Assembly: GCA_010093815.1 (NCBI GenBank)
Contig: ML996594.1
Strand: one strand, 5' to 3'
Source of the DNA: Pseudovirgaria hyperparasitica
Lineage: Eukaryota
Length of the DNA: 55,468 nucleotides
Below the pieces are notes generated by a model, which worked only from the letters and a program-made list of their open reading frames with translations, was not told the origin of the DNA and ran no database searches. This document shows, piece by piece, positions 46,080 to 55,468 of the stretch. The stretch's first letter is position 1. Each line of letters starts with the position of its first letter. The position numbers and the translations under genes were made by a program.

Positions 46080-49000
46080 GTTACTATCTCTAGAACTTGA
46101 TTCTAAGGTATAGAGTGTCTAAGAAAAAATAGAGCAAATTTCAAAAATTGATTACTCTATAAGACACCACCTAAAATAAGTAATTTTTATATTACTAACT
46201 GCGTTACATTACTATATACTATATATATAAGTTTCAGCTTGGTATTGATTCCCAATCAAGAAATAAAATACAGTTTATGTCATTTTATTTAATGTCTACA
46301 CCTCTAGACACCACAAAATTAAATATTACTCTGTTATTTATAATTCAATACCAACTAAACTTTCTATACTATATTATAGTATTACTATAAGCTTATATTA
46401 TAAGTCTTATAATCATAGCTCTTAAATTAAGGTCTCTAGAATTTATCTAAATTCTCTCTAGAAAACAGTAGAGCTAGATTAGCTCTACTTATATTTATCA
46501 GAGTATAGAATCTAAAAAATAAGCGATTTATCTAAAATTCCTAGACTCTTAGAAGCTAGTAATTATGATATCTAGGCTATTAGAATAGAGTCTATTCTAA
46601 TAGAAAAAGGTTATGCTACTACTATAGAAGCACATCCTAAGAGCATGAATAGTCTTGAAATTGAGAACTATATGCTAATAGTAAGAAAGACTATGTCTAT
46701 TATTAGACTAGCACTTACTAATGGCCCTTTACTCCAAACAAGGAATATATTAAATCCCTTTAATTTATGGATAAGGTTAAAGAATCTATACTAGGCAAAG
46801 GGGTTTAGCTCTAAATTCTTATTATATAAAGAATTATTTAATACTACTCTTAGAGCCTCTAAGAATATAGAGGAGTATTTAAATAAGATTATAAGAATTA
46901 GAGATAATCTAAAGTCTAAATCACTTAAATTACCTAATAAATTCATAATAGCATGGGTATTAAATAACCTTACTAAGGAATATAAAAACCTAGTAACTAT
47001 TATTACCCAGTCTATTAGAAAGGATAAGGATTTAGATATAGATGAAATATTTAATTATCTACTAGATGAGTCTAGAAGGATAAAATCAAAGTCTTTACCA
47101 AAAAATGAGATAATTAATGTAGAAATGGCCAATAATACCAGTTCTAATAAATGCTCTTACTGTAAGAAACCAAATTATATAGAAGATAAGTGTTTTAAAA
47201 AATATCCTCATTTAAAACCCTCTAATAAGGGGAAAGGAAAGTAAAAGCAAAAGAAAGAGAAAGAGAAGAATAAAGAGATAAATGCTTCTTCTAAACAAGA
47301 AGAAGAGGTATTTACTACTTTAATTAATGACTCTACTATTTAAAAAATAGAGTCTATTAATAGCTCTTTCTATAAAACCTCTTGGATTATAGATTTAGGG
47401 GCTAGCATTAATATATACTCTAATAAGAGTCTCTTTATTAGTATTAAAGAATGTAATAATACTATTAAATGGGGAGATTCAAATAGAGTTATAAATGCTA
47501 GTGGTATAGGCGATTGTAGAGTTCTAATTACATCTACTAATATAGAGATATTAATTAAGAACTGCCTTTATATACCTAATTTTAGAGTAAATCTATTATC
47601 TATAGGAAAGATAATTAGAGATGGAAAGTCTATATTATTTAAAGATAACTATGCCTACATCTATTCAAAGAATAAGAGGCTATTAGCTAAGGCTAGTATA
47701 ATAAATAATATTAGTATTCTTAAGACAACTCCTATATATAAAGAACCTGATTCTTTATATACCTCTATAGAAAATAAGATTATAGACACTCAAAGTAGTT
47801 CTATTAATTCTACTATAGATTTATAGTATAATAGATTAGGCCATATAAATTAAAAGGCATTAAATCAACTTAAAAATGATAAGATTATAGAATTCCCAGA
47901 TAATAATCTATTATGTAAAGAGTGTGAAATATGTCTAAAGGCTAGTTATACTAAAATATATAAGTCTAATTATATTCCTAAACCTAAGGAATATCTAGAG
48001 GTTATATATAGTGACATTTATAGTCCTTTACCATCTACTATAAATGATTATATATACTTTATAACTCATTTAGATGGCTATTCTAAATATCTAGAGGTAG
48101 ATATTATGAAAAATAGAGATGAGAACTTCTTAATTACTAAGAATTATATTACTAGATAAGAAAACCAGTCTAATAATAATAATAAAGTAAAGAGATTCCA
48201 TTCTAATAATGCTAGAGAGTATAAATCATCATTATATAAGTCTTATTTTAATGAAAAAGGCATAGAATATACCTATACATGTCCTTATAGTCTAGAACAG
48301 AACTCTAAAGTAGAGAGAATTAATAGAACATTACTTAATAAAGTTAGATTATTACTTTATCAAGCTAATTTACCTTATTATTACTAGGCTGAAGCTCTAT
48401 TAGCTGCGTATTATCTATATAATAGAACACCACATTCTAGTATAGAATATAAAACTCCCTATGAACTTAAATATGGTAAAAAACCAATTATTACATATAT
48501 AAAAGTATAGGGTTCTAGGGTATATAAAAAGGAACATATACCTAAGAACAAATTAGAGCCAAGAAGTAGCTTATATTATCTTATAAACTATAATGATAAT
48601 AATCAGTATAAATTACTTAATATTAGTAATAATACTACTATATGGGCTAAAGATATTACTATACTAGAGAGTACTTTTTATAATAAAAGTTAAAAACTCT
48701 ACTTAGACTCTCTAGAGCAAGAGTCTATATATAGAGAACTAAGTGAAAATGAATCAGAAGAAGACGAAAATTATACAGATAATGAGTCTATATATGATTC
48801 AAATACTCCTAAAATTACAGCCGAATCGGGTGATAATTACAGTTAGAATCAATTTATGAATAATAGAGAAAATCAACCTAGACTCTCTAGAGGGTCTAGA
48901 GACTCTAGACAACCTAGACAGTCTATAGACTCTATTAATTCAGATTCAGAAGACGAATTAGCTTATACTAATAATAGTAATATTAATTCTAATGCTATGT

Positions 49001-49863
49001 GTTATTATACTTATAATAGTCTATTTAAATTTAGTGCTTATAATATATCCTTAGATATTATAGAGCCTAAATTATATAAATAAGCTATGAAAAGTACACA
49101 TGCTATAGAATGGAAAAATGCTACTATTAAGGAGTATAATGACTTATTAAGTTAAAATACATGGGATTTAGTAGATAAACCTAAAAATGGTTCTACTAAT
49201 ATAATCTCTAGTAGATGGGTATTTAAAATTAAATTAAACCTAGATAATACCATTAATAAGTATAAAGCCAGATGGGTAGCTAGAGGTTTTCTACAAAAAT
49301 ATGGAATAGATTACCTAGAAACCTTTGCTTATACTACAAGACCTATAGTAATTCGATTATTACTACTTATAGGCGGGTTATATAATCTTAAAATACATCA
49401 ATGGGACTTTAAATCAGCTTTTCCTAATGCTAGATTAAAAGAAACCATATATATATACCAGCTAGAGGGGTTTATAGACTCTAATTACCCTAATAGAGTC
49501 TATAAATTAAATAGAGCTTTATATGGACTTAAGCAATCAGTTAGAGAATGGCAAGACCTACTTAAGAATATATTAATATCCTTAAAATTCACTTAAATTA
49601 TAGCTGAAAATGTAGTCTATATTAGAGATAATATAATTATTTTAGCCTATGTAGATGATATATTAGTTTTTGCACCTAATACTAAAGATATAGATAACTT
49701 CTATTTAGAGATAACCAAGTACTCTAAATTAGATATATCTAATCTAGGGCAAGCTAAATATTACCTAGGAATGGAAATAAAGAGAGATAGAACTAAAGGT
49801 TCTATTATATTATCTTAATCTTCTTTTATTAAGAACTTATTAATTAAGTTTAATAAAGAGAAT
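46080..49863 (+). mobile_element. Copia/Ty1 LTR retrotransposon, truncated in RT by the LINE
   Basis: gag NYDI(W)AIR(M)ESILIEKG at 46561, knuckle CSYCKKPN(H)IEDKC ~47152, protease WIID(S)GAS ~47382, (W)(H)NRLGHIN ~47824, integrase before RT, YKARWVARGF ~49261, YVDDILV ~49648. Left LTR boundary is approximate. Confidence 0.9.
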
Positions 49864-50102
49864 ATAATAATAATAATAATAATATTATATAACTAGGTAG
49901 AGTAGTACTCTATAGTTCTATGCCTCCTCTAGTCTAAGCCACTATATAAGAAGAAACCCCATAGGGAAAAACTTCCTTATATCTATAACTACATCTCGTT
50001 AAACCTCTATTTCGTCTTAAGTATATAGCTATAGGGTACGCCTATTAGTCTATAGCCTATATTACCGTTATTTTACCCTTAGGTAGCACGTATAGATACG
50101 GA

Positions 50103-50137
50103 GGTTATTAGTTAAGGGCTGCCCTTAACTAATAATC
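50103..50137. repeat. palindrome copy 3, in the LINE 3' UTR
   Basis: TTATTAGTTAAGGG-CTG-CCCTTAACTAATAA. Confidence 0.95.
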
Positions 50138-53100
50138 GGGGTTCTCCTAGGGTTCTTCCGGTATATATTAGGTTACTACCGGTATATACCGGGTCTCTTC
50201 CGGTATATATTTCCGGGTCTACTAGTACTAGAGGAGTAGTAGATATATAAGCATCTATCGGGAGACGTCCTTAGGGTACTTATTAAGCTATTATACGATA
50301 TCTAAAGTCTTCGTAATGTAGATAAGCTATTACCATTATATATAGAGGTTAGGGTATATAGCTAGATAGTAGCGTATTATACCTCTCCGGCCGTATACCT
50401 TATACTATAGAGAGGTATTAGGAACGCCTCTCTTATAGATATAGTATAGGAGTTCTATAGCGCCCGTTCGGGCTTAGATAAGTATAGATACTTAGGCTTT
50501 TGTTAGCCCTTTATATATCTATTTACTTAGTTCCTTCTATAGCTCTTGAATCTACTCTAGGTACCTATTCTACTAGAAGGTCTAGTAGGTATAGAGTATC
50601 TCTTTCTACTTATCTTAAGTCTACGACCGTATATTTTTCATGAGTTCTTAAAGGCTCTACCGGTCTAGGAGAGCGTCTGGGTTATCTTGGACTTCTTATA
50701 CTACTTAGCTAGAGTCGGCTTCTATTAAGTACCTATACCGTATTTAATTCCGGCCTATATATAGAAGTACACGGTAATATATACTAATTCGTATACGTAG
50801 CGCGGCGAAAGTATATTCTACGTTTTCTATACGTTCCTATACTTATTATTTAGTAAAGTATACCACCCTCTATGTCTAGTAGAAGTTATATATACTTATA
50901 ATATCTATCTCGCGTCGTAGTAGCACCGTGTTAGTAGCTTTATATACGCCTAATATAAGACGGAGTATATGGTTCTATATGGATTTAAGCTTCATTCGCC
51001 TAGTCTATATAGATTCGAGCTTTATTCGCCTAGTCTATATAAGGGCTATATACTAGCACTCGTGTCTAAACGTAAAGGCGGGTCGTACTATAGATATATA
51101 TAGCTGGCGTACCTTATCCTAGGCGGTTCCCTACGTGGAGGCTATAATCCGTTATATAGCGGCTTCTACCTAGAGGGCCCTAGAGACGGCGTATACCACT
51201 TATAGTCCCCATTTAAGCTTACTATCTAGTATAACTCTAAGCGCGCGTATACTTTATACTAGTAGTTCGTTAAATGCGTCGATTCGGGGGCGTCGTTCGC
51301 CTTCCCTAGTTACCTATTTCCCTTAATAATTAATAAAGTATATAAGCTAGTATTTCTCCGGGGCGAACTTTACTCCGTGGCATTTTATCTACTAGAGGTA
51401 CCTCTCGTAGTCCTATTCTAGTCTTCTATACGTTCGGTTAGTATTATTATTAATAGCTAGGAGATATATATTATCGGCGTATCCGACTATCTCTATATAC
51501 TTTATTTCTTAAAGAAGGTCTACCGTAAAGAAGAGAAATAGAATCGGAGAGATAGTGCTCCCTTATAGGATGCCGTATACCGTCTCTTTATATTCGCTCT
51601 AGTATCTAGGGATATATATCTAAGTTATTCTTCCTATAAGGAATAACTATATAAAGCGTATAATCTATTCCGGTATTCGTCTTATCCGGAGGTTATAAAT
51701 AAGTCTTATATAGTTTACCTTATTAAACGCTCCGGCCATATCGAGGGAGAGGAGCGATACTACCCGTCTCTACTTCTATACGGCCTAGACGACTTTAATA
51801 ATATATTAGATAGCTATTATTAGGGAGCTATCTATCTTTACCTTCTAGTTCGGAGGGAGGAGATTATATTCCTATACCGCGGTACTTATCTTCTTTACTA
51901 TTATAGCCTCTAGTATCTTATCTAGGTAGGAGAGAAGGGCGATTAGTCTCTATCCCTTTAGAGAGTTAGGGCTCTTTTCTAGTTTCGGGAGTATAATGGT
52001 ATAGGCGACTTAGAAGTACTAGGGGTGGTACCCCTACGTGACGCATGCTTAGAATATATAAGTAATAAGTAGTAGGGTCGCCTTTATAGTTCTTTTTAGA
52101 TATCGATTTAGAATTCTATCTAGTCTAGGTACTTTATTATTTAGGAGTATCTTAATAATATTAAGTATATCCTCCTCCGTAACTTCTTTGGGGATGTCTA
52201 CTATATATAGGTATTCGGTGTTATAAACGTCTAATAGGTCTACTAGTTCCGGGAGAGGGAACATGGCCTCCCGTAGGGCCTTAGTTTTCTTAAGGCTCGT
52301 GAAGTATATTCTCCCCTAATATATTAGGGGAGATATAAGTAGCGGGGGTGTCGGAGTATCTACGCCCTTAGCCTATTTCGCTATACGCTATAGCTCTATT
52401 ACGTATCGTGTCTATTAACTAGTAATTATATACTACTATTTACGCCTTTCGTTACGGAGGACTTTATCACGTTATTATATCGCTTCCTTCTATTCTTTCT
52501 ATGACTCGGGTATTCTTATATAGTATATACGTCTATATAGCCTTTGGGCGTCTTATCTACTTTCCCGTACTTAAGGAATCCCCTTTACTTCTAGGGGCCG
52601 GTATATTTAGTATAGTACGTGTTTATTTCTCGTATTCTAGTATATTTATAGGAGTATCTATACGGCCTAGTCTATGGCTAGGTTATTAGATATATTAACT
52701 ATAGAGGGATCTAGGATCGCCGATTCTAGGTCCTTTAGGTACTTTTCCTAGTCGGTATCCTTCTATATCTATTATCCCCGTTATTTATTCGGGGTATATA
52801 CATTTATTACGGTTTCTATATATTTATAGTCGGAATCCGTCTATACCTAGCCTAGGCGGTAGTATTAGATCCGGTAACTAATGTACTCCGTGGCGAAGAT
52901 AAGGTTAAGCGTAGACCCGTCTTCGTTCTATTTATATTTTTTCTATATAACTTATTCTATAGGTGTAAGTAGGTATAGGAAGTCGTGGTAGCGGGTGCGT
53001 AGTTCCCTTACTCTAAGTTCTTCCCTAACTATAGCTAGGCCTCTCTACTATCGGTAGTAGAGGTTAAAGTCTTCTAGGAGGATGTGTTACTCTAGTTCCG

Positions 53101-54907
53101 TGGTACCCTTAAGCATCTCGTCTAGTATAAGTATACGTTATTAGTTATATATGTTATATATATATAGGGGGCCTATATCTATTTATAGGTGTAGTATTAT
53201 CCTAAGATTATCGCGCTCGGTATACAACCATAATAAGAGTAGTATTAACCTATAAATATAGAAGAGGACTCGTCTTTCTAGTCCTAGAGGGTATATAGTA
53301 TAGTATCCGGGGTGTGTGGTTGGTTTACTCATCTAGTAGTATTTATAGGGTTCCTAGATAGCGAGTATTATAGCCCCGGTCTCTTCGAGGAGCGTCGCCT
53401 AGTTCTCTCTTTTATATTATATATTTACCTATATAATTCGGAGTATATTCTAGTCCCTTATTAGATACTAGGGAGTATATATATCTATATACTTATTCCT
53501 TAGAGGCGCGACTATCCTCACGCGGTAGCGGCTTTAACTATACCTTTTAGTCGTCCTATCGTCTTCGGGATAATCTACTATCCCGCCTAACTACCTTCCG
53601 GAGGGGAGGTTAGGGGTGTTATAAAGAAAGGGCCCGAGATAGATATTATATTCTATAACTATCTCGCGCCTCTTACTTTTATCGTATAAATGTATTCTAT
53701 AATCTATTTACGTTTTATGCACGTTAACGACCATAATAGGTATTTCCCGTCGTAGTTTAAATACTATACTATGTCCCTATTTCTTAGCCCGTCTCCTCGC
53801 GGTTTATAAGGACACTCCTAGATAGTATAGTCCCTACGGTACTATCCGCACTTAGTCTTCTATAAGTACCTTTATATAGTATATCTATACCCTTAATAGT
53901 TAAAGCACTATATTATTATCTATACTCTATTCTATAGCTCGGCTATAAGAAGCTCTCCTTCTACTAGGAATCCCTTCTATATAATATATTATACGAGGGC
54001 GGGGTCTCGGAGCTCTATAATTATAGTAGAGTGTTTTTTCGCCGTCGTCTTAATCGTCTATAGGTTCTTCTACCACGCTTTCACGATCTTAATCCCTAGG
54101 TATTTTCGCGTGTTAGATTATTCTATACGCGTAATATCCTCCGCTCCGATAGCCTATCCCCGCACGGGTACTAAGTATATCTATATCAGGTATATAGCCG
54201 CCCTAATAGAGGCGTCTAGAAAGATACTACTAATCGCGTTCGGATCGCGCGAGATAGTCTACTACGCGATATTTATTATTATGGTAAGTACTACTCCTCC
54301 TAGCGTGAGTTTAGCGGCGACGATATTTAACTATATTCCCTTTTATTCGTTAATCTTACTTACTATATTCTTTAGAGATGCTCGCTAGACCTATGCTAGG
54401 GTATCCTTATCCTAGATTGCGATATATATACTATATACCGCGTCGCCGGTCCGGGGGGCCCGTGGTATAGCTTCTAGTATTACTACTATTTATGCCTATG
54501 TACTAGGGCGCTTACCTTAAGTAAGTTCCTCCTAGATTCTACGTAGGCTAGCCTCTATTCGGTCGAGCCTACCCTCTAGTCCTCCTAGTTATATCTTCTT
54601 CTCCTCCTCCGTAATTCCCTTTAGATTCTAGATAAGGTTCTAGAATATATATAGGAGGGTCTTCTAGCCCTCTCCGGCTTCCTTCTCTATACGTACTATC
54701 TAGTAGTTAATATAATCTAGGAGGGTTTCCCCTCTCGGGGTCCCCTTTATTCCGTCTATCTATAGCGGCGTGCGCCTTTAGGTGTGTTCTACGTTTTAGA
54801 TAGGTATATAGCTACTCTCGGTAATGTCGCTATATAGCCTTTTCTATTATACTAGTAGGGGTATATCCAGTATATACCGGGGTATATCGGTGCCTAAGGC
54901 CGCTATA

Positions 54908-54940
54908 TTTATTAGTTAAGGGCTACCCTTAACTAATAAA
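54908..54940. repeat. palindrome copy 4, in the LINE 5' UTR
   Basis: TTTATTAGTTAAGGG-CTA-CCCTTAACTAATAAA. Confidence 0.95.
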
Positions 54941-55120
54941 AGGGGGTCGGTATATCGGCGTTCTAGTAGCGTGGTCCGTGCCTCTATCTCCGTAAGGATT
55001 TTAAGAGGGTGTATATATATCTTTATACGGCAATAACGTCTTGGTTTCGACGCTGCACGTACGTGCGTATAGTAGTAGTTAGTATACTCGGTATACTCTA
55101 TCGATTAAGGTGTGTATCTC

Positions 55121-55468
55121 TATAGAATAATATAAATAGTCTTAAGAGACGTTTTTATTAATAATAGTATAGAAGACGAATCTTTATATAAAGAACAAGT
55201 CTTAAATACTAAAATTAATACTATTAAAAGTAATAATAGTATTAACTTTATTCTAGACTTAGGTGCTACTATCCATACATGCTATATTAAAGAACTATTT
55301 ATTAAAAATAGTATTAAACCTACTAATACTAGTATTAGATAGGGAAATACTAATAGTTCTATTATAGCTAAATTTAGAGGAGATATTAAAGTCTATTTTA
55401 ATAGTACTAAAGAACACGTAACTATTAAAGATGTATTATATACTCTAGAACTAGGTGTTAACCTTCTT
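55121..55468 (+). mobile_element. protease region of a second, different Copia element (runs off the window)
   Basis: FILD(S)GATIHTC...SIR(W)GN...IKDVLYT(P)ELGVNLL, homologous to but diverged from 47382-47600. Confidence 0.85.

Larger units (their letters stand above)
49864..55120 (-). mobile_element. near full-length LINE (Tad1-like non-LTR retrotransposon), RIP-inactivated
   Basis: (ATT)n tail at ~49864-49883. ORF2 ~53461-50280 has APE motif LL(G)DFNL(HH) ~53060, RT GI(PQ)GSTISPILFLFF ~51530-51575, GYAD(D)I ~51475 and a C-terminal Cys/His motif ~50800-50850. ORF1 ~54840-53500 has Cys knuckles ~53780-53925. Confidence 0.9.

Noticed and set aside
21146..54388. Short track ORFs in the AT-rich block as independent genes
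   Set aside because: They are stop-free pieces or antisense shadows of RIP-mutated gag/pol/LINE frames.

Overview
Filamentous ascomycete (Pezizomycotina, possibly a Dothideomycete; inference) genomic DNA. A ~10 kb GC-balanced gene island (~5990-16100) holds a small bZIP-like gene, TRM112 and a PX-PH-RhoGAP (Bem3/Rga2-like) gene. It lies between AT-rich blocks of transposons degraded by RIP (repeat-induced point mutation: TpA excess, in-frame TAA/TAG from CAA/CAG/TGG). LTR pairs and target-site duplications (TSDs) resolve the nest. Chromodomain Gypsy A (18310-45678, minus) contains Gypsy C (18338-29752, plus), a gapped LTR-type insert (31341-31886) and chromodomain Gypsy B (33727-41109, minus). 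Also present: a Copia, a Tad1-like LINE, a 602-bp TRIM, a tRNA-derived SINE and further A/B fragments at the left end. Main highlights: (1) Gypsy C carries a ~980-codon cargo ORF with a 2OG-Fe(II) dioxygenase signature. (2) Gypsy A and B each carry an antisense, intron-containing Zn-cluster-like/coiled-coil gene with a shared intron position. (3) One ~31-37 bp palindrome occurs twice in Gypsy C and twice in the unrelated LINE. (4) The SINE tail resembles the LINE tail, and the TRIM appears self-priming. All TE translations were read by eye through RIP stops. Residues in parentheses are RIP-reverted, and internal boundaries are approximate.
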